A stretch of 64,000 bases of DNA, taken from Octopus bimaculoides (lineage: Eukaryota). Below the pieces are notes generated by a model that was not told where the DNA came from, did no database searches, and saw only the letters and a program-made list of their open reading frames with translations. Both the position numbers and the translations under genes were made by a program. This document shows positions 12,166 to 25,433 of the stretch, piece by piece. The stretch spans positions 19,518,847 to 19,582,846 of the forward strand of contig NC_068993.1 of NCBI RefSeq assembly GCF_001194135.2, read 5' to 3'. Positions within the stretch are counted from its first letter, which is position 1, and each line of letters starts with the position of its first letter.

Positions 12166-13435
12166 AACTCGGGGTCTCAATAAAGGGTAAAATCTCAGCA
12201 GGTGCACAAGGTACTAGAATGAAAGTGTGAGTATGTGAGAGAGAGACAGGACGATGGTGGAGGAACGGAAAAAGCGACAGAAACATTAAAACGTCAGATA
12301 GTAAATATGACAGCGTGGAATCAGCGACGCATAAAAATTGCTATCGAAATGCGTTTTGAATCAGTTTAAATATTCTCATTGAAAATACACTCTGCAACAA
12401 TTTTCTGCGTGTATATTAAGGCTTTTCTTTAAACGAGCGCATATTCTCAAGTGTAAAATTATAGCTCAGTTTCTCACCAGTTTCCTCCCCAAATCTTAGG
12501 AAGAATAAAGTCTCAACTGATAAGGTTCTATATAGATTTTTTTATCCACTATTTTTCAGGTTGTCAATTTGTTTTGAACAGGAGACATATATCACACAAT
12601 TCAAAGATCGAATATTCTGTTGTTGTTTAGGAACATATGAGACATCTTCGAGTTGTCCATGATCAAAAGCAATCTAGCCATGTCCATCCTGCTCTGTGGC
12701 ATAGACGTGTGTATACTGTATTTAAGTTTGTGTGTGTATGTGCGTGATTGCGTATTATGTATTATGTATGCCCGTGTACAACAATTACACACACGCACAG
12801 ACACGTACATGCGCAAGAACACTCACACACGCATACACACACACACATATATATATATATGTATAGATACGTATAGGGAGAGAGAAAATGAGAATTAGAG
12901 AGAGAGAAAGAAAGAAAGAAAGAATGAAAAAGAGAGAAAGAGAGAGAAATAATATTCCGTCGATGCAGAAGTGGTATTACTTATACAGGAGAGAAGTAGA
13001 TAGAGTGAGAGAAGAAGTAGAACATGAAACATAGAGAGAGATAGAGAAATAAATTGAAATGTTTCCGAAAGGTCAACTGCTGTTACTGAGAGATGATTAC
13101 AGAGCTTAAGATACAACGTAACATGGCTAAATGGAAAATATAGATGACGTATTGCATGATCACATGGTATTTCAAACAATCACGTGATAAGAAAAGGAAG
13201 AATATTGCTATTCTCTATGTTACTTATATTTTCGTGATACGACATATTCGGTACTTCATTTTGATATTAAGTGTATTAAACATATTGAAGAAAAAGCCGA
13301 GAAACGGGAGAGTTGTGTTTGTCCAATTTTGACAAGTGTATCTAGAATATGTAAGTATAGGCGGCTCATCGTGTTGCACATGCTTGCGTATAGGGTGTGT
13401 GCTTGTGAATGTGTGAATATATGTGTGCGTGTGTG

Positions 13436-13808
13436 GAGTCGCAATGGCCCAGTGGTTAGGGCAGCAGACTCGCGGTTGTAGGACCGCGGTTTCGATTCCC
13501 AGACCGGGCGTTGTGAGTGTTTATTGAGCGAAAACACCTAATGCTCCATGAGGCTCCGGTAGGGGATGGTGGCGAACTCTGCCGTACTCTTTCACCACAA
13601 CTTTCACTCTTTCCCCCTGTTTCTGTTATACCTGCGTTTCAAAGGGCCAGCCTCGTCACACTCTGTGTCACGCTGAATCACGCCGAGAACTACGTTAAGG
13701 GTATACGTGTCTGTGGAGTGCTCATCCACTTGCACATTAATTTCAGGAGCAGGTTATTCCGTTGATCGGATCAAGTGGAACCCTCGTCGTCCTAACCACG
13801 TAGTACCA
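13436..13808 (+). mobile_element. Full-length tRNA-derived SINE family C
   Basis: tRNA-like head with A box (TGGCCCAGTGGTTAG) and B box (GGTTTCGATTCC). Its 3' end GTTCCGTTGATCGGATCAAGTGGAACCCTCG recurs at 28989-29048. Confidence 0.8.
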
Positions 13809-13879
13809 CGATGTGTGTGTGTGTATGTAGGCTTCTCGCGTGTGACGCGAGAAATTTAGTCTTACATGTGTAAATACAT

Positions 13880-14320
13880 ATACCTTTTACCTTTTTATCT
13901 TTTACTTCTTTGAGTCAATTGATTGCAGCCATACTGGGGCACCGTCTGGAAGAAATTTTAGTTGAATGAATCGACCCTTAGTACTTATTTTTTTGTTAAG
14001 CCTGGTACTTGTTCTATTTCTCTCCTTTGCCGAACCGCAAAATTCCTGGGACGTAAACATGCCAACACCGGTTGTCAAGCGATACTGGAGGAGGAACACA
14101 GACACAAACACACACATACACACGAACACACACACACTCGCAGAGACGGATACAGGACGGGCCACCGTCAACCACATCCACTCACAAAGCTGTGGTCGGC
14201 GCAAGTCTATAAAAGAAGACACTTGCCCAAGATGCCACGAAGTAGGACTAAAGCCGGAACCAAATGGTTGTGAAGCAAGCTTCTTACCACAAAGCCAGCT
14301 TCTTACCACAAAGCCAGCTT
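13880..14320 (-). mobile_element. SINE family B (CORE-like CTTGGGCAAGTGTCTTC) with internal CA repeat
   Basis: Shares its head and core with 40150-40312 and its 3' part (CAGTCATTTGACTGCGGCCATGCTGGAGCACCGCC) with 36080-36140, 39375-39460 and 39880-40050. Confidence 0.8.
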
Positions 14321-14351
14321 GCGCCTATAAACTATATATAGTTGCATAGAC

Positions 14352-14406
14352 TCATACATACGGACATACATACATACATACATACATACATACATACACA
14401 CATACA

Positions 14407-14440
<34 letters not shown>

Positions 14441-14564
14441 CATACATGTCCAAATNNNNNNNNNNNNNNNNNNNNNNNNNNNNNNNNNNNNNNNNNNNNN
14501 NNNNNNNNNNNNNNNNNNCGGACATACATACATACATACATACATACATACATACACACATACA

Positions 14565-14598
<34 letters not shown>

Positions 14599-14613
14599 CA
14601 TACATGTCCAAAT
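14352..14613. repeat. (CATA)n microsatellite spanning a 63-nt N gap
   Basis: 14361-14455 is repeated exactly at 14519-14613, which is probably an assembly overlap. Confidence 0.9.
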
Positions 14614-16802
14614 AACTCTGCGACAGATTATTTCTATTCTTCTTATTTGCATGCACGTATTTGTGTGTTGGCGTCTAAGCGACATCACGCAGGTGTTTCA
14701 CTTTCCGACGAATATTTCATTCTGTTTATTATTAGTGAAAAGGAAAAATTTAGAAAATTTATAGAACTAATAATTTTCTTTCCGTATTTTCAAATGAATT
14801 TTAACCACAGGGATATGTTTGCTTAGTATTATAGCTAAATATCATATCAACAAAATTTTATATCAGTTATAAATTATATGGACTTATAAAGCTAAATACC
14901 TAGACAAACAACTTTTGCAACTTTTATAAACACGGTGATCATATTTAATTGAATATTAAATATAGAAACAAACGCATTTCGTGGTAAAATTTTGCTGCCT
15001 CCTTGAAGGCAAACAACTGAGCACAACGTTAGGGCTTTATAAGGTCGGTAATCCAAGGAAGTTTAAGAATGAGTTCAAAATATTTAGGTATTTATCATTT
15101 TGGTATGAAGCTACAGATTTCTATGAAAGGATTATAGCTAAATCAACCAAATCAAATATTTATGTGCATCAATTTACGTAACTAAAATATTTGATTCTAA
15201 AACGCAAAAAGAAGAATTTAATGTTCAAAGGCGAAGCTTGATGGCGTACTAGCACTGCTAAATGATCGAAGTTTCAACAGAGAAAAATATTTTTACTAAA
15301 ACAATCTTTCATGAGAATAATATCTCTGAATAAGTTAGACATTAACCTACATAGAGAGAACCATTGTGCAAAATCTCTGTTCTTCATTAAGATCATTATT
15401 ATCACATCATATTTACTATTCTTTGTTTTATTACTCTACATAATATTTTCATAAGCATTGAGCTCTTATTTGTTATATTACTACAGAATGGTCATTTATT
15501 AAGTCATTACGCGATTTTATTTGTGTACGTATCATCGTTACTTCTGTTTATGATTAGAAAGTTTGCATTCTCATATGTTTATTATATATCATTAGAGTAA
15601 TTTTGTATTATTAATGTACTGTTATTGTATTGTACATATATGTTAGCAGGAGCTTTTTACGAGTTTGTTGTTATAAATGTATCGATTGTTAGAATTTTGC
15701 TGCAAAGAATTGTTTGTTATATAAATACAGTATCATTTCTTTTGTACATTACTGAACAAACACGCACATAGTCACCATGCAGAGTTATATGTCTATATCT
15801 ATGGCTATTGTATGTCTATATCTATATTTACCTATCCCTCTACAGACACACACACACACACACACACACGTACGCACGCACGCACACACACACATGAATT
15901 TAATGAGTTTAGGCAGTACAATTGTAGCTCTCATTAGCGATATTTTTAACCACGGAGAGTGAATGACATCTGAGCACGTGGTCGCTGCTGTGTGTATGTG
16001 GTTTAACAACACTGGAAACTGTAGCTCAATATTATCAGGTGATGAAAATACGGAATATTTATTGCATATTACCTCACGGGTATGTTGGTGTATCGGTGAT
16101 AATTTAACTCGTCAGTCAATTTTGAAATAAAATAACTGCTTATCATTCAACTAGTCATCATATATCGGTTGCTGGCATTAGAAGTGGTTAGTGCATAAAT
16201 CCGCCATGGATAGGAAGATGGTAAAAAAGAAAACTGTCGACGTATATTTAATAAATACACATTTAGTGCCGCTGTGTAAATAAATCCTGTAGTTAAACTT
16301 CGGCAAGTTTTGATGAGGAAACTAAATGAGATAATATTATACGTCGGAATGTAAATTCATTTACAACGTATCTATCTATCTATCTAGCTAGCTAGCTATC
16401 TGTCTGCCTGTCTGTCTGTCTATCTATCCATCTATGAATAGAAAGATAGATAAATAGAAAAGAACACCATCGCTAACTAACTGGCGATGGTGCTATTTTC
16501 GGAATCATAACTAACCTTTTAATATTTTCTATAATATTTTTTCCCACTGTTTGTGGACATGGTAACTTTTCTGTTTCCTGCAATTTATCTCCTTCCATAC
16601 ACCCCTCGCATTTTCACCGCATTCACTTCCTACTCAACTCCACTTAACCCTAACTATCCATCAACACAATAGACCGCTCTCATACCTCCCCCCATGCAAT
16701 CTCTTTAAGTGGATACACTCTTACATATGAGCAAAATACCCCGTTGCTTCGTCTCGTTTAACCCCTCCCCATAAAACCATTTTCTAACAGGGATCCTAGA
16801 CG

Positions 16803-16836
<34 letters not shown>

Positions 16837-19567
16837 CTTCTTTCTTTCTTTTTGTCTTTCTTTCTTTCTGCTTCTTGTTCTTCTTCTTCTCTCGTTCTCC
16901 CCACCCTTCTACACTTCTATTTTTCTAATGAAGGCCTCAAATATCCGAAACGGCAAAGACACTTTGCGCTTTCCTTTTCAAGTAGGAGCGTAAAAACAAA
17001 TTTATAAAAACATATCCCACTTGTGTATTTCTCTTGCTTTTCTTGCTTTTGAATATCCACCATCGTCGTCGTCGTACTCCTCCTCTGTTCACTTAACGCA
17101 ACAAAGTACTTAATACAACAAAGCTTTACATTTTACTTTTGACAATCTTTTTCTAAAAATGTTAAACCGGTCAAGTGAATAGACATCTTTAAAATTGCAT
17201 TTTCAAACCTTTCATATATATATTTTCATTCGTACAGTATCTTACAACTTTACTTTGTTATATATATGCATATATGGGTACACGACACACCAACGGTTCA
17301 AACAACATTAAATACGTAAACAACGAGAAAAAATGGAAAACTGGAAAAGTAAACACAAAGAAAGACCCTTCATCAATTGTCCTTATACAAATATCCATAT
17401 ACACAAGTGTGTATGTATGTATTTGTGCGTTTGTATATATGTGCATGGTCAAGCACCCTTGTATAAGCAGCCATTCCATAAAAAGTTTCTCACAGTATCG
17501 AATCCGGTTTGAAATTAATAGATATTGATGCCATCACCAAAATCTTTTCTCCATAGCATTGTAGGATGGCCAATTGGAATAACTTAAGTAGATCAATCTC
17601 GGGTCAACATGGGTAGCACATCGAGCTTCAACTAGCTTTCCAGGGCATTTATTTGGCTGAGAGTAGACGTCTTTAGTAAATGGATTACTAGAAAGTTGCA
17701 GTCATCATTCGAAATTGTTACTGGCAATAATTTTCAGCTGTGTGCAGTGGAGCAATGAGAAATGAAGCTCGTGCCGGAGACATATCGCACCACACGATCC
17801 GAGCAAAGCTCATACAAGTTAGCAGTCTGGATCCTATTATCTTCAACAAGGACATAAGACGTTTGTTTTGGCGCCCTCTATTTGCTGCTGCTGATTCGAA
17901 GCTGACTTGTTATCAGATATTTTAATGCTTCTCTCTTTCAATCGTTCCCTCTCTCTGAATCTACGTCTGTCTATCTACCTGTTTGTCTCTGTCTCTTTAT
18001 CTGTATATACGCTAGAACCTAGTAATGTTCATTGTATATGTAATGTTTCTCTCACCGCACTCTTCTCTATGTGTATATTCCTGCTCGCATGTATATACGT
18101 GCGTGTATGGTGTGTGTATCTGTCTGTATGTTTGCTTCCAGTGTGACGCCATACTCTGACTAAAACGAACTGAGTGCCCAGTAAGCTGCGCCAGGTACCC
18201 AGCGTCTAAGCGCACGCGTCAAAATACCCCGTTCCGCTTCAGCACTAAGCAACTTGCCTTCATATGACGAATGACCAAATCCAACGAAAACAAGTGTAAT
18301 GACTTCTGAGCAATAATATATTATTGATTACATTTTCATTCGTAAATTTTCCTTTTAAATAATTGTTGTATCTCTATTGGTTTAACTGTTTTAATATTAT
18401 TTTGTATTTTTGAGAATGTTTCTCTTTTAAAATGTAATCAATTTTAGTTTTGCAATATTTGCATTAAATACAAACGTTTTTGCTATATTAGCATACTCAG
18501 ACTATGTAATTCAAATTTGCAACAACGTAATACAAATATGAAGAGGTGTGTGGGTATGTGCGCGTGTGGTTGGGTGGACATGTGTACATATATATATGTG
18601 TGTATATGGACATATATAAATATATATAAATATATATATATTTATATATATATATNNNNNNNNNNNNNNNNNNNNNNNNNNNNNNNNNNNNNNNNNNNNN
18701 NNNNNNNNNNNNNNNNNNNNNNNNNNNNNNNNNNNNNNNNNNNNNNNNNNNNNNNNNNNNNNNNNNNNNNNNNNNNNNNNNNNNNNNNNNNNNNNNNNNN
18801 NNNNNNNNNNNNNNNNNNNNNNNNNNNNNNNNNNNNNNNNNNNNNNNNNNNNNNNNNNNNNNNNNNNNNNNNNNNNNNNNNNNNNNNNNNNNNNNNNNNN
18901 NNNNNNNNNNNNNNNNNNNNNNNNNNNNNNNNNNNNNNNNNNNNNNNNNNNNNNNNNNNNNNNNNNNNNNNNNNNNNNNNNNNNNNNNNNNNNNNNNNNN
19001 NNNNNNNNNNNNNNNNNNNNNNNNNNNNNNNNNNNNNNNNNNNNNNNNNNNNNNNNNNNNNNNNNNNNNNNNNNNNNNNNNNNNNNNNNNNNNNNNNNNN
19101 NNNNNNNNNNNNNNNNNNNNNNNNNNNNNNNNNNNNNNNNNNNNNNNNNNNNNNNNNNNNNNNNNNNNNNNNNNNNNNNNNNNNNNNNNNNNNNNNNNNN
19201 NNNNNNNNNNNNNNNNNNNNNNNNNNNNNNNNNNNNNNNNNNNNNNNNNNNNNNNNNNNNNNNNNNNNNNNNNNNNNNNNNNNNNNNNNNNNNNNNNNNN
19301 NNNNNNNNNNNNNNNNNNNNNNNNNNNNNNNNNNNNNNNNNNNNNNNNNNNNNNNNNNNNNNNNNNNNNNNNNNNNNNNNNNNNNNNNNNNNNNNNNNNN
19401 NNNNNNNNNNNNNNNNNNNNNNNNNNNNNNNNNNNNNNNNNNNNNNNNNNNNNNNNNNNNNNNNNNNNNNNNNNNNNNNNNNNNNNNNNNNNNNNNNNNN
19501 NNNNNNNNNNNNNNNNNNNNNNNNNNNNNNNNNNNNNNNNNNNNNNNNNNNNNNNNNNNNNNNNNNN

Positions 19568-20120
19568 GAATTTTCCGGAAGTAGTTGCTGCAGCAAAGGC
19601 TGAGATAGCAGAGGTGTATATATGCCATATTGTGTCCGAGGTATATTGCTTGTGTTTAACGTGAAGGATGCCCAAGTCAAGTGAGAAATGTGCGTAGGGT
19701 AAGTAGGTCAAGTCTTGAAGACAGAATGGGAAAGGGATAGAGGAAAGATTCAGGTGGAGATTGGTAGTGGTATATTTTTATGGTCAGTTGATCTGACCGG
19801 ATAGAGAGGATGAGTATAGTGAGGGAAGGAGGAAGGGGGTTGAGGTTAAATGGTTTAGTGAGGAGGAAGGAATGCGCAGAGGTAGTATATAGGTGGTGGG
19901 GGTATGGGTGACAAACTAAGGACAGTAATAAAGGAAAAGAGGAGTGACATAGGTAGTTAGTAGTATCATATTCAAAAAAGATAGCTAAACCTATTTACAA
20001 ACGGTGGAATTGGGATTGAAAATAACCAAGTAGCCTGTATGTGGTGGTGGTGTTTTAGTCAAGTAGAGTGTAGAGGAAGTAGATTTGGGAATATATATAT
20101 AGTGGTGAAAGGATCGAAAA
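19568..20120 (-). mobile_element. Probable Penelope-like element 5' region
   Basis: The minus strand is strongly C/T-rich and reads LRTFLT*LGH..., resembling the N-terminus of a Penelope/Poseidon ORF. It is truncated by a gap. Recognition is from memory only. Confidence 0.4.
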
Positions 20121-20941
20121 AGAAATGGATCTATTCAAAAGATATATGTATGTATGTATGTATGTATGCATATATATATATTNNNNNNNNNNNNNNNNNN
20201 NNNNNNNNNNNNNNNNNNNNNNNNNNNNNNNNNNNNNNNNNNNNNNNNNNNNNNNNNNNNNNNNNNNNNNNNNNNNNNNNNNNNNNNNNNNNNNNNNNNN
20301 NNNNNNNNNNNNNNNNNNNNNNNNNNNNNNNNNNNNNNNNNNNNNNNNNNNNNNNNNNNNNNNNNNNNNNNNNNNNNNNNNNNNNNNNNNNNNNNNNNNN
20401 NNNNNNNNNNNNNNNNNNNNNNNNNNNNNNNNNNNNNNNNNNNNNNNNNNNNNNNNNNNNNNNNNNNNNNNNNNNNNNNNNNNNNNNNNNNNNNNNNNNN
20501 NNNNNNNNNNNNNNNNNNNNNNNNNNNNNNNNNNNNNNNNNNNNNNNNNNNNNNNNNNNNNNNNNNNNNNNNNNNNNNNNNNNNNNNNNNNNNNNNNNNN
20601 NNNNNNNNNNNNNNNNNNNNNNNNNNNNNNNNNNNNNNNNNNNNNNNNNNNNNNNNNNNNNNNNNNNNNNNNNNNNNNNNNNNNNNNNNNNNNNNNNNNN
20701 NNNNNNNNNNNNNNNNNNNNNNNNNNNNNNNNNNNNNNNNNNNNNNNNNNNNNNNNNNNNNNNNNNNNNNNNNNNNNNNNNNNNNNNNNNNNNNNNNNNN
20801 NNNNNNNNNNNNNNNNNNNNNNNNNNNNNNNNNNNNNNNNNNNNNNNNNNNNNNNNNNNNNNNNNNNNNNNNNNNNNNNNNNNNNNNNNNNNNNNNNNNN
20901 NNNNNNNNNNNNNNNNNNNNNNNNNNNNNNNNNNNNNNNNN

Positions 20942-20975
<34 letters not shown>

Positions 20976-21762
20976 TGTGTGCGTGTGTGTGTGTGTGTGT
21001 GTATCATAGCTGAGATTATATCAGAAATAAAGTCTGAAAAACTTATGTGAGAAAAGAGATGAAAACTCTAGCAAAGCAATTGAAAAAGTTAGTTGAAACT
21101 GTTATCTTTGTATTTTGAAATTTCGGCGTTAAAACCCTTCTTTATTAAACGAGATTAAAGAAATGTAAAGATATGCCATCACTAGTAAAAGATACTATCT
21201 CGTTACCAAGAAATCCAGCGGAAAGAAGTTTGCCACTTTCCTCTATTCTCCTTCAGTATCTTGGTTTTAACCAAGAAATATTGAATTATACGTTAAGAAG
21301 TAAAAGGTGCTGCCTACTACCGTTTTTCACTCCTTACGTTCACGCTTGCGTCTTGCTCGTATTCTGCATTGTGAGACAGTATCTCACAGTAATCTATATG
21401 TATATACCATTCTGCCTAAACAATAGATTTACAAATACAATATCCCTACATTCACTCTCAATTTCCTCTCTTATCTAAACTAACCATCTTCTCACACCGT
21501 TTCCGATGATGGGATATAATAAATATCCTGGAAACAGCTATAAGACATATTTATAAATGTTCTATATTATACACAGCCTTCGTTTTTATCTCATTACGAA
21601 AAGTAAATCCTTATATTCACACTTCACACGCTGATATATGACCTACGTTGGACCCCTTATTCGCAAAATCACCGAGCCTGGAGCTTGACTGTGGTCTATC
21701 CATAGCACTTACTCAGCATTACTTGAAACCTCTGGGTTTAATTGACACCACTATTGCTCATA

Positions 21763-21826
<64 letters not shown>

Positions 21827-21907
21827 GCCATGATAGATCGCTAGCCACTACACGTTCTGTTTGTTGTCTACACCACCTGTCTTCGTTTTTTTTGTGTGAA
21901 TTCTCCC

Positions 21908-21934
<27 letters not shown>

Positions 21935-21938
<4 letters not shown>

Positions 21939-22793
21939 ATCATAAATATACAGGGATTAGCAAGAGTTGCTTCTCCAACATACTGAAATTTAGAAATGGC
22001 AGTCAAAGAACTACTGATTCCATACAACAATTTTTTTCTCTAACGGATGGCGATATTTATGGCGCACACAAAACAAAAAACAGAAGAGAAAAGCAAAAAC
22101 AAACCTGCCTTTAGTTAATTGAGTACGACGTTTCACGGTTAAGAGTATGAAGTTACTCTATTCAGATCTTCAGCCCAATATTCGAATTCATTTGAAAGTG
22201 TCTATATAACTCATGGGAATTTTGACCGTGCGAACATCAAAACCACATGAGGAAGGCACTTACGAAATTTATCAGCTAGTGAGTTCAAAACACTTCACTC
22301 CAAAGAATTCCCTGCCCTATATCTGTATTTATATTGATGCCTCTAATTGGATGGCTAAACTGTAACCCTTTATACGGGACTGTTTTATGCGGGACTATTT
22401 GTGGCGCACATGGAATAGATTCTTTGGAGTGAAGTGTTTTGAACTCACTAGCCGATAAATTTCGTAAGTGCCTTCCTCATGTGGTTTTGATGTTCGCACG
22501 GTCAAAATTCCCATGAGTTATATAGACACTTTCAAATTTATTCGAATATTGGGCTGAAGATCTGAATAGAGTAACTTCATACTCTTAACCGTGAAACGTC
22601 GTACTCAGTTAACTAAAGGCAGGTTTGTTTTTGCTTTTCTCTTCTGTCTTTTGTTCTGTGTGTGCCATAAATATCGCCATCCTTTAGAGAAAAATATTTG
22701 TAGTTTGGAATCAGTAGTTCTTTGACTGCTATTTCTAAATTTCAGTATGTTGGAGCAGCAACTCCTGCTAATCCCTGTATATTTATGATTATA
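21935..22793. mobile_element. Foldback/MITE-like element: 374/375-bp inverted arms with a 110-bp spacer
   Basis: 21935-22308 is the reverse complement of 22419-22793 with about 15 differences by manual alignment. Termini are TATAATCATAAATATACAGGG...CCCTGTATATTTATGATTATA. Confidence 0.9.
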
Positions 22794-23540
22794 AATGGTT
22801 TTACCGATAAAGGTTTTTTCATACTGAACTACTTGGCAAAATTGTTAATTATTAATTTTATTACTAATTGACGATTCCCTACCCTATATCTGTATGTATA
22901 TATANNNNNNNNNNNNNNNNNNNNNNNNNNNNNNNNNNNNNNNNNNNNNNNNNNNNNNNNNNNNNNNNNNNNNNNNNNNNNNNNNNNNNNNNNNNNNNNN
23001 NNNNNNNNNNNNNNNNNNNNNNNNNNNNNNNNNNNNNNNNNNNNNNNNNNNNNNNNNNNNNNNNNNNNNNNNNNNNNNNNNNNNNNNNNNNNNNNNNNNN
23101 NNNNNNNNNNNNNNNNNNNNNNNNNNNNNNNNNNNNNNNNNNNNNNNNNNNNNNNNNNNNNNNNNNNNNNNNNNNNNNNNNNNNNNNNNNNNNNNNNNNN
23201 NNNNNNNNNNNNNNNNNNNNNNNNNNNNNNNNNNNNNNNNNNNNNNNNNNNNNNNNNNNNNNNNNNNNNNNNNNNNNNNNNNNNNNNNNNNNNNNNNNNN
23301 NNNNNNNNNNNNNNNNNNNNNNNNNNNNNNNNNNNNNNNNNNNNNNNNNNNNNNNNNNNNNNNNNNNNNNNNNNNNNNNNNNNNNNNNNNNNNNNNNNNN
23401 NNNNNNNNNNNNNNNNNNNNNNNNNNNNNNNNNNNNNNNNNNNNNNNNNNNNNNNNNNNNNNNNNNNNNNNNNNNNNNNNNNNNNNNNNNNNNNNNNNNN
23501 NNNNNNNNNNNNNNNNNNNNNNNNNNNNNNNNNNNNNNNN

Positions 23541-23595
<55 letters not shown>

Positions 23596-24289
23596 TACGC
23601 CGTCCTTTCCGTGTACCACTATGTGTGAGATTCCTAAAAAAACATTTGTTTTTTTTACCTGAAACACCAATTAACTTCTAGAAACACAACGTGCCATACT
23701 TTAAACACATTCTCGTCCCAATTAAGTTTCTTCGTGCATCTACTATGTAGGTGAATACCCTTAGATATATTCATCAAATTCTATTGTTTTCCATTCTTTT
23801 CTTCCTTTTGCTGTACTTATTTTACATATTTATTTTAATGGTCTTGAATTTTATTATAGGTGTTGTTTTCCTGTGTCTTTTGTCCGGCTGAATAGCTTAT
23901 TGTTCATGAAAGCTTACTGATACGTTAATCGATTTCTGTGTCGCTATGTATGCATGGATATATCCTTGCTTCCATTCCAAAAACACTGCTAATTATTTTC
24001 GTCTCTCTTCAGTACTTTAGAATAAAAACGTGTGTATTGCTGTTTTATACCGTATAAAAACCTTTAAAATTCATTCCTTATTATGTTTTATATATTAATA
24101 GGTTGCACATATATAAGAGAGCTGCTTAATATTAAACTCTATTCACTTTAAATTCTATTAGATATGAATTCGTGTCTTGGTTTGAATCAATTCACCTTAA
24201 TTATGACTCTCATGTTCCCAAGAATACTGTTAATTACAATGAATTAAATTGTACTGATTTGATAACACACTCACACACACACAAAACAA

Positions 24290-24327
24290 GACCACATACA
24301 TACACACACTTATCAAACATGCATATA

Positions 24328-24407
<80 letters not shown>

Positions 24408-24500
24408 CGTGTGCGTGTGTGTGTATGTGTGTGTGTGTGTATGCATACATATATATACATATATACATATATGTATGTATGTATGTATGTATGCATATGC
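24290..24500. repeat. (AT)n-(GT)n-(TATG)n compound microsatellite
   Basis: Read directly. Confidence 0.95.
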
Positions 24501-24784
24501 ATATATAATGTACTGTTCCGTTATTGGTGTGATAAACAAAATGTATTCGATCCAGCGAGATATAAATGTTTAATATATGCAGAATTTAAATTCGAGCCAC
24601 TGATTCAACTGACTGTTCAAGCTTGGCCAACAATCGCGATTTTCGCAGTGTGAAACTATTAGTAAATCGAATTTACAACCTGTACACATACACTCTCTCT
24701 CTCAAACACACACACACACGCACATACCCCTACAAATTCATGCATACTTACACGCACACACACATACAGGCATATATATGTATG

Positions 24785-24818
<34 letters not shown>

Positions 24819-25356
24819 TGTATGTGTGTGTATGTATGTGTATATGATGTCGATCTAGCAAGTATGGTAGTGTTTGTGGTATGATTCATATGGGGCTGAG
24901 TTTCAAGCCCTTTTTCCTTACTTCGACCATGCTCCTGAATTTTCCAAAATATTTAGATTGCAGTTAAAAAACTGCTCAAATCTTTTAAAATATGTTCATT
25001 CTAAATCAAGAGAAGGATTCTGATAAGTGGAATATTAAATGAAGCTCTTCATACAGAAATTAGAATACGAATCCTTGTTCCTCTTCTTATTTTAGCGTTT
25101 GCTCATAAATTACGTTTAGTATTTCTTAAATATACCTCATAAGAGTAAAGACGTCGATTTTGACAAGAAAATAAATGCCTCTTAGCAATGTGTTGTGTGT
25201 TGAAACTTAGCTTTCAATCTGTTGTGATTGAATGAATCCAGCGCATGAAATATTTCTCATTCAGCTGGAAGCAATCATTTAATGGATAAGTAACTAAACT
25301 ACCAACTAATGCCAGGAATATAAACTACAAGAACATATTATAACTCAGATACTTGC

Positions 25357-25433
25357 CTTATGTGCGTATTCAATGTACGATATGATAAATTTTGGAAAAA
25401 GACTATTTCGACTGATATCTCCCGAGGCACTTC
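25357..25433 (-). CDS. Candidate 77-nt exon (EVPREISVEIVFFQNLSYRTLNTHI), LRR-cap-like
   Basis: Preceded by a T-rich tract and an AAG acceptor; ends at AG|GCAAGT, the consensus GC donor. In phase with the candidate exon at 27526-27660. Confidence 0.3.

Noticed and set aside
12560-12710. Plus-strand candidate exons (ETYITQFKDRIFCCCLG or EHMRHLRVVHDQKQSSHVHPALWH)
   Set aside because: There are several competing acceptors and frames, a weak donor, and no recognisable domain or partner exon.
14361-14613. Exact 95-bp direct duplication flanking a 63-nt N gap
   Set aside because: Identical sequence on both sides of a gap indicates an unmerged contig overlap, not biology.
21961-22770. Arm differences in the large foldback are mostly A/G, giving A-C or G-U pairs that suggest ADAR tuning
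   Set aside because: Transitions are the commonest neutral mutation class and the count is small, so this is not evidence of selection.
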